Shown: piece after piece, positions 34,901 through 47,658 of the stretch | Layout of the letters: each line of letters begins with the position of its first letter | Numbering within the stretch: position 1 is the first letter of the stretch | From: Lama guanicoe | Lineage: Eukaryota | Assembly (NCBI GenBank): GCA_013239625.1 | Contig: MU053482.1 | Span: forward strand, 3,247,922 to 3,311,921 | Reading direction: 5' to 3' | DNA length: 64,000 bases | Program-made: the position numbers and the translations under genes | Notes under the pieces: model-generated | Told to the model about the DNA's origin: nothing | The model's database searches: none | Seen by the model: only the letters and a program-made list of their open reading frames with translations

Positions 34901-37900
34901 TGGAGGTATATCAGTTAGGGTTAGGTTGGGCTGCAAGTGAATGGAAACCTCTAGCAACAGCAGCTTTAAAAAAATGGAAGTTTTTTTCCCTTCCACATAA
35001 ATGAAATAATCTAGGGCTAAGGTCCATAATTATCTTTTCATTCTACAATCTTACATATATATCTTTTACTTTCTTGCCTAAGATTGCTGCTCAAGTTCTA
35101 ACTATAACATCTACCTTTCTAATCAGTAGGAAAGAAAAGTAATAATGAAGGTCATATTCCTTCCTCTTAGAAACACCTCCCAGAAGTCCCATCTGACTTA
35201 CTGTTCAGTACTTAATCACATCACCACAATTAGCTACAAGAAAAATGGAACATGCTTTTACTCCATGTAGCCATGTACCTAGCTAAAAAACAAAGGGTCC
35301 ATTACTGAAAGAGGGAAAAACATACGGAAGGACAACTAGCAGCCTCAGCCACATGCAGCAAGTGTAAAAAGAATCAGCTGTAAAAGTTCCAGGGTTTGCC
35401 CCCAGGGAAGAGAACAACTGATAGGGGGATGAGACAGTAATGGAGAGGAATACTGGTTCTTGTAATAGGTCCCTTAGAACCAACTGATTTAAACTATGTG
35501 CATTGATTAAAAATTTTTTAAAGAATGAGAGCAAAGGAAGTAGATAGAGCCACAAAGTCTGGTTCTGAAAACTTGTCCTTTTTTTCGGCAGGGGACGGGG
35601 GTTGCTGATTTAACAAACAGCGGTAAGAATTATATAAAATCAAAGCAAGCCCTGTCTGCACATTAGTGCATAGTCTTTTTTTAAGACACTGATTTTAACT
35701 GCTTACAATATTTTTTAAAAACTTCTTTTCATTCCAGGCTTTGCTCCTGATTCTGTGGGGAAATACAAAGTTATGGCAAAGAATCCCTAAATCACACAAT
35801 CTACCAATACTTACAATATTAATCTACCAATATTAAGAGCAACATAACTACTTTAGGGTAACTCTGCAATTCTTTTTTTTGATAAAAGGAACACTTTTTC
35901 TCATAAAGGTAAGAATTACTACTGACCTAAGATATTACTATACTGAATAATAGCATAATTTAGTTTATCAATAATTTGAGATAATTCATTGATTAAGATT
36001 CTCCATCAAAAATAGACATCTGGTGTTTTGCTCCCTTATCAGGTTGACTCTAAGCCTAGGTAAGCATGGACTGAAAAACAAATGTACCTGTTTTGTCCAG
36101 CTTTTTAGAGGAAATGATTAGAAATATTTGAAATATAAATAAAGGAAGAAAAATAGAAATATAGGGTAGCAGAAGTAAATAAGTTAATGTCACATCTGTG
36201 AAGATATATCATCCCCCAGACATTCCTTTTTCACAAACAAGAGTAATGCTGAAAACTATTAGACTTTCCAAGTTAAGCTGCATCAATATTTTAATGTTTA
36301 CTCAGACTGACCATATTATTTCCTCTCACCTTTCAGATTTATTGCCATCTCTAACCATTTCTAAATGCTGTGAACAATGACCAAGTTTACTAAGTCTCTT
36401 TTATGAGCCCTTAAAAAAAAAGCTTAACTAATTCAAATTATAGAATGAAAACTCTCTCTCTGATGTTTTAAAAGAAATTAAGAGAATTACCTAAGTTCAT
36501 GCATAGCTAATGGATGGCAGAGCCATAAACCCTGGTCTCTTCACCCCAATACAAGGCAACTATGTCAAAAAAAAAAAAAAAAAGCACAACTGTCATTACA
36601 TGCCCCGGTCAATAATGCCACAAAGGTCCTGTTCCTCCCACCCAGCTAATCAGTTGGTCCAATTTATACCAACTAAGTGAATAACTGTGCTTTACTTAAA
36701 GAATGTGGGAGGTAGTACTAAGCAAGATGGGCTCTTTCTGATTGCCAGAACTATATGCAGATTCATTTAAATTACTTCAAATTAAGAGTTTAGTGCAAGA
36801 ATAAGTAGGGTAGTGTGGAAGCACATGAAAACTCTACAATCAGGCCTCACTTCTCAATGAAACACATATGTTTTACTTTTCACCATGACTGCTCTCTCTA
36901 CTACATGGTTTCTAATGTCCTGCAGCTTCTGCTTACTGCCTTCTTCACTGTCTCATATTCAAATTCCCTAAGGAAGACGATCAGACTGAGTTAAGTTCCT
37001 CATTTTGTAAGACAACTACTGGACAGCGCTCAAGTCAGGCTAATTTATAAGCCAACGGCCTACATACACATCCCTGGTCCAATTAATTGTGGCAAAATGG
37101 AGGGTACTCATGATAGATACAAAGTGTAACAAGTGATGCAAGCCCTTAGAGCTGCTTTTTTCAGAAATGGGTTGTAACTGTCACTAACACTCAGAGCACT
37201 GTTTGTCCATATATATTTGGTTTAAAAATCAAAGCATCATTAGACAAATTCAGACTTAAAACTCTGGCCCACCATCTCTAGAGCATACTTTCTCATCATA
37301 TCGTCATCCCCTACACACATACTCCTATATAGCAGATCTCAAACAACCACCTCACCTCACAAAACCCCCAAACATTCTACTCCTGGGTGTAGAATATTTA
37401 ATAGCCTCTCTCCTATTGATAACTTTTCTGTGAATTGAGATTCTCCTTTGAACCCATATTTACCCTAAAATGAAGTTTAACACATGAGTTATGCTAGATA
37501 AAACTATTCAGATATAAGTTAATTTCCAATTATAGAAGAATAATTGCCCTAACTGGTACACCCAAACATTTTCTAGCAGAAACACAGGTAATTTTACAGA
37601 TCACCATTTATTAAGCATTTTCTGTGTCAGGCACTGGGCTAAGCACCTGACAGGAAATATCACAGATTAACAAACTGAGACCCAGAAAGTTTAAGTTCTT
37701 ATCCAAAATCACATCTAATAAACAGCAGAGCTAAAATTCAAATCCTATCTATGTAATGCCAAAGCCTGTGTTTTTAACAACGTCCTCTGCTGTCAATGAC
37801 TTCCAGGTAGAATTACCAATAGTATTTTTAAAAACTAAGTAATCCTATCCCCCACCAAAAGAAAACCCCCTAACATTCTCTAATGCAATGCTTCCCAAAA

Positions 37901-38229
37901 CACTGCTCAGTGAGATATCTATCACACAGTAAGAGTTCTGTGACCAAATAACTGTGGGAAATGGTATATTAAAGAGCTCACCAAACTTCCATACTGTAGG
38001 GATTCTCAGAATTTTTAATATGCCAATCCATATTGTGAATCTCCAAGAAGTAAACATGTTAAGCAGAGTTTTCCATATCTATTTAGCTAAAGTTACCACT
38101 CTTCACAGGCCACTGACGAAAAGTGTTTTGTGGAAGGCACCTTAGAAAATATTTATCTAGTAAAAAAAAAAACCACCTTTTTTGATAGTTTCACCTAAAC
38201 TAGGTCAGGTAGTTATTGGTACATCTTAT

Positions 38230-38735
38230 GATACTCACTGACCCATATCTCACTTCCAGGTGAAAATGTCATGCCCATGCAGAGGGCCAGTGGCCATGTT
38301 TTGGATCATGTGCCTTTACATCTGTTCAGAAATGAATAGACAGAATAGGTACCAAAAGAACAACCCATTCACTTATGTGGTCTGCCTCAAAAAGGAGAAA
38401 TGGGCCCATGTGATTTACCCTCCAAAATGGGAAGCAAACAATAAAGTAGAGGGGCTGGAAGAACAATACAGCAGCGGCAGGACAGCCAGTGAAGATCACA
38501 AAAGAATAGGAAACTACTAGGGAGCAAAGGAACTAGCCAACAAAAAAAAGAGGGGGAGCAGAACAGAGAAGGTATGCAGAGATAAGCAACATTCACGCCA
38601 TGTGCCAGCCTCTGTGGCTTGCTCTAGCTCCTGTGAACCAAGTTTTTGGATTTCTATGGGATCCTTGTTGTACCCTTATGATAATCCCTTTTTGACTAAA
38701 CTAGCTTGAGTAGCTTTCTTTTCCTTGTAACCAAT
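38230..38735 (+). mobile_element. Old ERVL-class solo LTR
   Basis: 3' end CCCTTTTTGACTAAACTAGCTTGAGTAGCTTTCTTTCCTTGTAACCAA. Confidence 0.55.
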
Positions 38736-38784
38736 CTTATTTAAATTCAAATGAGGAAAGTTTGATAATTTTCACTAAAATGAA

Positions 38785-39010
38785 GTGGTACAGCTCAGGT
38801 ATTGTAAGACTGTAGCGTTAAATTATTTGGGACTGAAATCCAGGTTCTGTGCTGTAAGATGCACAACTTTGGACAAGTTACCTAAAGCCTTCAATTCCCA
38901 TCTGTAAATTGGAAATAATGAGAGTATCTCCACCAGGCTGTAAGGATTAAATGAGATGTTTGTTAAGTGCTTTGTACACAGAGAACACTAAATAAACGTT
39001 AGCTATCAAT
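38785..39010. mobile_element. MIR SINE
   Basis: TTGGACAAGTTACCTAA...CCCATCTGTAAATTGGAAATAATG...AAGGATTAAATGAGAT. Confidence 0.8.
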
Positions 39011-39830
39011 ACCATTACTTTGCATGTACTTCCTTTCCCTTTTCCAACAAAAAAATCTTGTCTTATACCATAACTAAGAAAGATGAAAAAATATTATTTC
39101 TGGATGTAAAAATCTGATAAATAATTGGTTTTTTAAATTTACTAGTACACTAACCACAATGTCTTAACTCTAGAGAATCTCTCACTCTTTGTACCTTTTG
39201 CAAAACTAATAATATCAAATATTCTGAAAATACCTTTGATCTTGAAATGATTTTTTTTCACAGCAGGATAAAAATGTTACATCAATACCAGATATACCTT
39301 ATCTAAAGCATCAACATTTTTAAAGATTCCAAAACATGACAACTTTTAAAGGACAACAAAATTAACTATTTTATAAAATATCATTTCTTTTATCCAAAGA
39401 TTATTATATCTGGAATCAACACACAGACCTACTATAGTAACAAGAAATACATAGGGAACAAATGCATAGCTTCTGTTGAGGTCCTTTAATAACAAATAAT
39501 TTCAAATCCAAAGTGATCTCACCATCATTTACTGTGTTTTTAACCCATTAATGTCTGGTTCATATTAGATGCACTTCATATATTTAGATAGTTATCTACC
39601 TCCTAGGAATAATTCAGAGCTATTTTAATAATTATTTATTTACATCCTCCTCCTCTACTCTAATAATTTGAGTTCTATTTGACAGCAAAGAAATTAGTTA
39701 GATCAATTTGAGAAATTATATCAAAAATTTTAAACCCCACAATTATTTTTATTAACTTTCCACCACCACCCACAATGTGTTAATAAAAATGGAACTATAT
39801 ATTATTTCAATAAGATTAACTATCTTTGCA

Positions 39831-39957
39831 GGGAGAGTACAGCTCAGTGGTAGAGTGCATTGTTATCATGCACAAAGTCCTGGGTTCAATACTCAGTACC
39901 TCTGGTGAAAAATAAATAAATAAATCTAATTAACCCTGTAAAAAAATTTTTTAAACA
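39831..39957 (+). mobile_element. tRNA-derived SINE, vic-1-like (camelid)
   Basis: A box CAGCTCAGTGG, B box GGTTCAATAC, and an (AAAT)n-CTAATTA tail. 16-bp TSD AAGATTAACTATCTTT at 39812-39827 and 39958-39973. Confidence 0.88.
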
Positions 39958-42684
39958 AAGATTAACTATCTTTCACAAGTAATTAAATCTGTGTCCACTA
40001 AAGGCACAATTTGGTATAGAAGGAGCTAACATTTGAGCACTGCTACATATAAAGTAACAACTCTATAACAAAATTACAAACAATCCAATTTTGATATGGA
40101 CAAATGATTTGAACAGACACTTCATCAATAAGCACAAGAAAAAATGAGCAGTATCATTTATCACCAGAGAACCCTAGAAACTAAAACCACAATAAGATAC
40201 TTCACACATCCCAGAATGCCCCAAAATTAAAAAGATGGCATATCAAACTAGTTGGGGGAATATGCTAATATCAACAATTTACTTTGAAATGCCCCCCAAA
40301 AAAGATGGATAAATGGATGACAGAGAAACAAACAGATGAATTAATGTGACAAAATAGGTATAGTAAAATTTTAATTGTACAGTGTAGGTAGTAGGCATAT
40401 GACATTCACTCTAAACTACTTTCAACTCGACTGCAGTTTGAAATTTTTCATACACAAATGTAGGGGGAAAAAAACTTACCCAATTCTTCAAGGTTTAACT
40501 CAAAATCAGTTACTTCCATGAGCTCTTTGCTATCACCCTCAGCCTTCTGAACACTAGAACACCAGTCTTACTGCCAGTAGCACTTATCTGGCAATTTCAT
40601 GTTGTTATCTTTTCACACATTGTCTTGTATTTATAAAACAGAGTGTAAGCCTCTTGGAGGATGCTTCTTGATAGTAGAAATAGAAGACTGCCATGATCTG
40701 TTGATAATTCTTTCTATGTAAGTATAAATTATTTTATGGGCCATAATTTCCAAAAGACAACTAATCTATCAGTCAACTAAAATATAAATACATACCTGTA
40801 TATACATACGTAACAAGCACACATATATACTGAAAACTAAAATAAAAACCATTATAACTTGTAACCAAGTGTCTTTGATTTTTTTTGAGTCCTTGATTAT
40901 TAATGAAATATCCTATGTCCATGGAATTCAACTACTAAAGTCACTTGTGCAGAAAGAACTGGTTGATGCTGTCTCAAAATATTCTGTAAAGAGGTACCGC
41001 ACCAGAGGTCTCAAAACTTTACCTGAGGATAAAGGTATCCTCAGGAAATTATATGAAATCTATAACTTTATGATTATATAAAATGGAAAAACATTTATAT
41101 AAAAAGTGATGACATTCTTTAAAATTGACGAACATCTTCCCATTGTTCAATACAACATTTAATTAATCTTAAAAGAAGTTTGGCTATATTATTGTTTCAA
41201 GAATTATAAACATACATTGAGGATCCTAAAATCTCCTGTCACTTTATAGATAGCTTCTCTCTGTACCTGTAAAAGGCCAATAATAAAACATTTAAGAACT
41301 GTCTATTATCCTCCCTTAAATGATACATCAGCATGAGAAATCAACATTTAGGTATAGACAAAAGTACATGTTTTATAGTAATCTAATAATTCCACATTTC
41401 ATCTCCAAAAGAAAAAACATGAAGCTAGAAGTATCAGATATAGCAAACACTCAAATAAATATAGCAAATGAATTTTCAATTCATCTGAATTGTCTTGACA
41501 TAATTCTGGAAATACAATTTACTTTCTGTTTAGAGGGGTTGTCCTCACTGCAATGCATTAATGACCAAGAGAATGATTACTGTATTCTTAGAACATGAAT
41601 GATAGCCATGACTGGTTCAGACTACAGAAATGTTAATTACTATTATCAAGAAAAATGCAGTAACTTCTACTGGAATTACAAACATTAAATAATCAGGAGA
41701 CTTTTACTACTAATCTGTGTGTAAACTACAATAAGCACCTAATTGAACAGGCTTTAGGTTCTCTGTTTACAAAGTGAAGACTTATAAAACCTGTTGTGCT
41801 TACTGAAATAAACCTTTGACCATATTAGAGAATATTCAACTACTTTACCTAGAAAGATGACAAAGAAGAATATGCCATACTGAATGGAATGGGCTGAAAT
41901 AAAAATCTCTGGAATATGTTCAGTGTATTAAAAAAAATCCTTATAAGAAAAATGAGAAGATACTTGAACAGTCTAAGTTATCCATCTAAAAAGGAAAAAA
42001 AAAAGTAATATTCAAAAATAACATAACTCTAGCACTACTTGGAATAGTTGTCCAAACAAGCCTTTAAAAACAATGATGACTACAAAAAATTTTCTTGATT
42101 TATGAAGTTAATATTAAAAAATAAAATCTACAAGATAATTCAAGGTGCTTATATCAATGTGCTTCCATCTTAGAGAAAGCCTACTAAGGAACATGTGGAA
42201 ACAGCAGGCAGCATGGAGATCTTACATAGTCAAACTCCAAGATGGTTCTACTGCTACACTCCCCCCTTCATGGCTGCAGAGTATCCCTTATAATGAAGAC
42301 AGAATGGCAAGAAACCATAATCATCCCTGTATTCCCATTAGCAACTTGTACAGTGACTTAGTCTCCCTCATCTCTAACCCTAGTAATCAAAATAATTCAG
42401 GGAAATTAAAGTTAGCATCTCATCAGGAAAAAAAAAACCTGGGAATAAGTGATTTAGTGGTTATAAAAAAGATCCTACCTATTTATAACAGAAATTCTCT
42501 TTTTAGTAAGATTATATAGGAAGGTGCCTGTTCAAAGAGAAAATGGAAGCAGGAGAAAGATGGCATCTAGGCTGCCACCCCACCTAAGTAAACTGTTCAT
42601 TCAATATTCATTCTACACATATTTATTATGGGCCTTTTATGTGCCAGGATTTTACTGGCACCAGGAATATAAAAATCAGTAGGC

Positions 42685-42763
42685 ATCCCAACACCACTTA
42701 CAACAGCCAAGATGGAGGCAACTCAAGTGCTCATCAACAGACTACTGGTTTAAAGAAGATATG

Positions 42764-42801
<38 letters not shown>

Positions 42802-43235
42802 AATATTAGTTAGCCATAAAAAGTATGAAATAATGCCATTTGCAGCAACACAGATGGACCTAGAGAGATTATTATACTAAATGAAGTAAGTCAAAGACAA
42901 ATATTACATATCACTTATATGTAGAATCTAAAAAATAATACAAATGAATCTATATACAAAAAAGAAACAGACTCACTAATGTAGAAAACAACCTTATGGT
43001 TACCAAAGGGGAAAGTAGGGGAGGAATAAATTAGGAGTATGGGATTATACACACTACTATATGTAAAACAGATAAGCAACAAGGATTTACTGTGTAACAC
43101 AGAACAATTTCAGTATCTTGTGAAAATCTATACTGAAAAATATTCTAAAAAAAATGTATAAAACAGTCACTTTGTTATATACCTAAAACTAACACAATAT
43201 TGTAAACTCAACTATACTTCAATTTAAAAAACTAA
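42685..43235 (+). mobile_element. L1 3' end (artiodactyl-type 3'UTR)
   Basis: TAATGCCATTTGCAGCAACA...AAACAGACTCAC...AACTAACACAATATTGTAAACTCAACTATACTTCAAT. Confidence 0.88.
42769..42798. repeat. (AC)15 microsatellite
   Basis: Read directly from the sequence. Confidence 0.97.
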
Positions 43236-43489
43236 GTAGGATACAGTCCCTGTCTTAAAAGACCTCAGTCACAGTCAAATACAGAAATCAGCAAAATAGT
43301 CAACACAATAATCAACACAAGGTATTTCTTCTTAAAATGTTAAAATTTCTGTATCTTCTGCCGACTAATATAAAATATCCAGGGAACACAATAAAAATAA
43401 TATCCAGCTGAAATTCTGTGAAACATGCCTGAATATTATATTGCACTGAGAATACATATACATAACTGTAAAAAAAAATAACAGGTGCC

Positions 43490-43710
43490 ACTTTTGAGTG
43501 CATGTCCTGCTAGGTAGAAGTTTCTCCTTATAAACTCATTTAATCTTCCTAACAATCTTATGAAGCAGGTACTACTGTTACTATTGTTTCAAGTTTACAG
43601 AGGATAAACTGAGCTCAGTAGTTATGTGATATACCCATAGTCACACTTTGGCAGATGGTAAAGCAGAAATTTAAACTCAGGTTGTTCTGTTTCAAGAATT
43701 TATGCTCAAC
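43490..43710. mobile_element. MIR SINE (opposite orientation to the MIRs at 2345 and 38785)
   Basis: CTCATTTAATCTTCCTAACAATCTTATGAAGCAGGTACT...TTTACAGAGGATAAACTGAG. Confidence 0.8.
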
Positions 43711-46700
43711 TGTGACCAACCAGTTATGCTATCTCATGCAGATCCTCACTACAAAGGTATGGGAGCAGAAACACTATTTGGACAATTAGAGACCTCTCAG
43801 CCAAGGACAGAGCACTGACACTGTAGAAGACTAGGGAACATCACTCACTATGATAGAGAAGAAAAATCCGTCATGTAAAACACCATGACTGCATGATACA
43901 AGTAATGCATGCAGATTTCCTCTGCCATTGACACTGCTTAGATAACTTGAGGCACCCTAGGTATGCATTTGAAGCCACTGACAAACTACCAAAAGATTAA
44001 ACACAGAGTGACATAACCATTTTATTGGAAAAAATTATTCTAGTAGCAGCATGGAACTAGCTGGAGAAGAATTTAACTGAAAGGAGGAACATAAGGAGGT
44101 TCCCATGGCAGACTGTGAGTTATCCTCTAATAGCTACGGTGGTGGCAGTGGTGGTGATAGAAGACTCAATTTTAACTAGGGATATGAACCACATTTCCCC
44201 GTATCCCCTCTAGCTAAGTTTCAGCCACAGGAAGTGATGCAGACCTTTAAAGGAACGGAGCTATCCCTTCTTCCCCTACTACTTGGGATATAGATATGGT
44301 AGAGCTAAGATGTTAAGTATAAAGTTGGAAGCAGCCTGGATCCAGATGAATGTACAAATCCAAAACTGTCTATACTCAAATCTTTAAGTGAGAGAGAAAT
44401 ACATTTCTACATTGTTTAAGACATTAAATTATGTAATATTACAGGCAGACAAACCTCTATCTTCACAGACTGTTCTTTATAGTAACCAGAGTAAGGACGG
44501 AGAAGAGCCTGAACGATGGCACTGATTGTGGGAAAAGATTAAAAAAAAAAAGAGAGAGAGAGAAATGTGAGAAAAACTTAAGAAAAATAAAACCTTCTGA
44601 AGTGAAAGTGAGGGAAAAAGGGACATCTGTGGCAAGTTTCTGACTTGGGTAAATGACCAAGAGGAAAAGGTTTAGAAGAGGAACATGTTTACTTGAACAG
44701 ATTGAACTTCCAATTCCTATGAGACATTTAGGTGGATTTTTTTTTTCCTACAGGCAGTTCTACCTTCTAGTCCTTACCTACATACACTTGCTAGAATCTT
44801 CTTGATGCCTTATAGTTGTTCAAAACTACCTGATCATTACATTTCATGCTGATGTAGATATGAGCTTTTTAAAAGAAAAAATTTCCATTTCTCTGCTAAT
44901 GAGATTGATCAAGCCTAGCAAAATTAAATAAATTCCTTAGGGACAAAGTCAATATTCCTCCCTCCCTCCTCAATCACTCAATAGACACCTGACTGAATGG
45001 CTAAAAAAAAAGCCATTTGGCCTTCACTTATGAGTCAAGTCCAGTTTTTCCCTAAATGTACTAACCTGTAATTTCAAAAACTTTCAGTTTTGTACTATCC
45101 TAAATGAATCTCTATTGTTGCTCCCTCTCATTTCTTTTCTCCATCAAAAAAAGTTTTATTAATCTAATTCTGTGTGGATTTTGGTTTACTCAGCCTAAAA
45201 TTATTTGGTAAAATATCTGTCTCAAAAGGAAAACAAGTAACATTCTTTTCAAATTCCATAGAACTGCGTGGGACAATATATAAAGCATTTGTAAAATTCA
45301 CTCCAGTTCCAACTACTACTTTCCACTGCAAATTACTTTTCATACTATTATTTTTCAAGTTTGTTCCTACAGTTGCTTTCTCTCTCTAAATGTAATAAGA
45401 CTTAGCTTAAGCTGGGAAGAAAAAAAGGACGTTTTTTACCTACAAACAGGTGTCATTAACTATAAACAGATTTTTTTAACTTAAAAACTTGCCCCAAAAC
45501 TAGTTATTTTCTTTATACAAGAATCTTCGATTTCAAGTTTTAAATCTTATATTTTAATAAACTATAACAATTGAATATTTGCTTGATGGAAAAAAGTAAC
45601 TTGAGATGTCAAGTTTCCAAACAACTTAACTGTTTTCTTCAAATCATGGCACCAACTGATCCTGTAAATTAATAAAGTACACAAAGGTTTAAAGGAAAAG
45701 AAGTCATCTACAGAATGGCCTCATCAGTGGGAATGGGTCTTTCTAAGAAAGATACAAACTTTCTCTCCCACTCAATCTACTAGGGAAATCACTCAAAAGA
45801 AAGCCCTACAAATCTGTCCATTCAATAAATACTTAGTAAATAAGTGTTTCAACTCCCATTAGATAAAGTGGACTGCTAAAATAATAAAAGTATGTCTGCT
45901 GAAAGGGCTCTTTTTCAATTTCAAAGATTTCTCTATTCATAGAATATTGGAATTTATTTGGGCCAGACCCTGAAGGAACTCTTTCAGCCTGGATAAATCA
46001 GACAAGTGAAAAAGGGGAGACTTTGGAATCTTCAGACTTCAGATTCCTAGGTTTAAATATACTTAGGTTACAATAAAGGCCAAAGACAAGTAGCAGAGAC
46101 ATAATCTGGATTAAGTATAAGGTCTGATCTTCCTGATCTGTCTCATCTTCATGGAACTATGCATTCTCCTCTGTTGTCGCTTAAACAATGACTTTTTTTT
46201 TCTTCTAATTAAGATTCTCCTGAAGGAAATGGGAGTATAAACTGATACAATCTTTCTGGAAGACACTTGAGTGATATGCTTCAAAACTACTTTTTAAAAT
46301 GTTCTTTAGGCTTTCAAGAATGACTAGAACCAGAAGTTTAAATGATGTTTTCAAAGTTCCGTCTGTCTCTTAATTTTTTGGCTATCTTTGCCTCTCTTCA
46401 ATATTCAGACTCTCTAAATACAGCAGGGAAAATACACATTGACAGCCCGAACTTAGTCACTGTATCCTACCTTAGTCATCCTAGTAGAAAATAGAGACTT
46501 TCTTGTTCCTTTTAAAAGAAAAGACCCACAGATGACTCTAACTGGCCCAGCTTAAGGTACAGGGTGGGAGTAACTAGGACATTTTCCGTGGAATTACAGG
46601 GAATAGAACAACACACTTCCCAAAAGAAGGGATGCTGGGCAGAAAATTAACATGTCAATATATATGTACATGTCCTTTGACCTAGCAATTCCACATCTGC

Positions 46701-46714
46701 AAATTAAAACTTAA

Positions 46715-46945
46715 TAGAATTATTCTGTGCCAGACATAAATAAATGACAAGAATAAACTCACTTAATCTTCACAACTCTGTGAGGTAGATACTATTTATT
46801 ATCCCATTTTATAGACACAGAAACTCAGACACAAAAAAAATGCAGTAACTTGTCTAAAGCCGTAACTACTAAAAGGCAAAACCAGGAATCAAACCCAGAT
46901 CATCTGACTCCACCCCATGCTTTAAACTACTTAACTTTACAGCCT
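46715..46945. mobile_element. MIR SINE (opposite orientation to the MIRs at 2345 and 38785)
   Basis: CTCACTTAATCTTCACAACTCTGTGAGGTAGATACT...CCCATTTTATAGA...AAACCCAG. Confidence 0.8.
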
Positions 46946-47600
46946 CTCTATCTACTTATCCCAAGAAATTAAAGATGAATACAAAGATTCAGCTAGAAGG
47001 ATTAATCACATTCATTATATGCATACTAAATTATGTATTATAATATAGTACATGTACATTAAAATATGTTAAATAATAAAACTTTAGCTAACCAAAATCA
47101 ATGCTATCATATATATACATATCTCATACATTTACATGTAGAATATGGAAAGTTGCCAATAACATAGTTACGTTTTAAAACAGACTACATAAATGAACAG
47201 ATGCTATAAACTTGTTTTATAAGAATTAAAATAAGATTAATGATACATGTAGATGTATATGGCTGCACACAAAAATCTTGGGAAACATAAAATATCAGCA
47301 GTACACTACTTCACAACCAATAAAATAGCTATATTTGAAAAGATGTTAACAATGAAGGAGCAGCAATTGTGAAGTCAAGGAGAAAAATCTTGATTTCTTA
47401 GGAGACTGGCAAGTAGTTCACTACAGTAGAGGCATACTTACTTGCCAATTATCAGCTACTCACATTATTTCCTTAAGTCTTTCAATAAGTTCTTCAATAG
47501 TTTCAAACCTCATGACCCACAAATACAAGTAACTTTTGGCAAACATGGTGATTTCATCATACTATTTCTTTTAAATTATCCATTAAAAATAAACAATCCC

Positions 47601-47658
47601 AATTTGACACAACATTGTAAAATGATTATAAATCAATAAAAAATGTTAAAAAAAATAA
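47601..47658 (+). mobile_element. 58-bp extreme 3' L1 fragment
   Basis: TTGACACAACATTGTAAAATGATTATAAATCAATAAAA plus A tail. Perfect 16-bp TSD AAAAATAAACAATCCC (47585-47600, 47659-47674) at a TT|AAAA site. Confidence 0.9.

Noticed and set aside
39831..39902. tRNA-like sequence
   Set aside because: Degenerate stems, an A-rich tail and TSDs show it is a SINE, not a tRNA gene.
42145..42519. 124-aa ORF in non-repeat-looking sequence
   Set aside because: GTG start, no recognisable homology or splice support, and a length compatible with chance.
47010..47075. Resemblance to mitochondrial control-region TAS motifs (TATGTA..AGTACAT..TACATTAAA), possible NUMT
   Set aside because: Short, AT-rich and low-complexity, within probable old L1 3' sequence, with no flanking mitochondrial homology seen.
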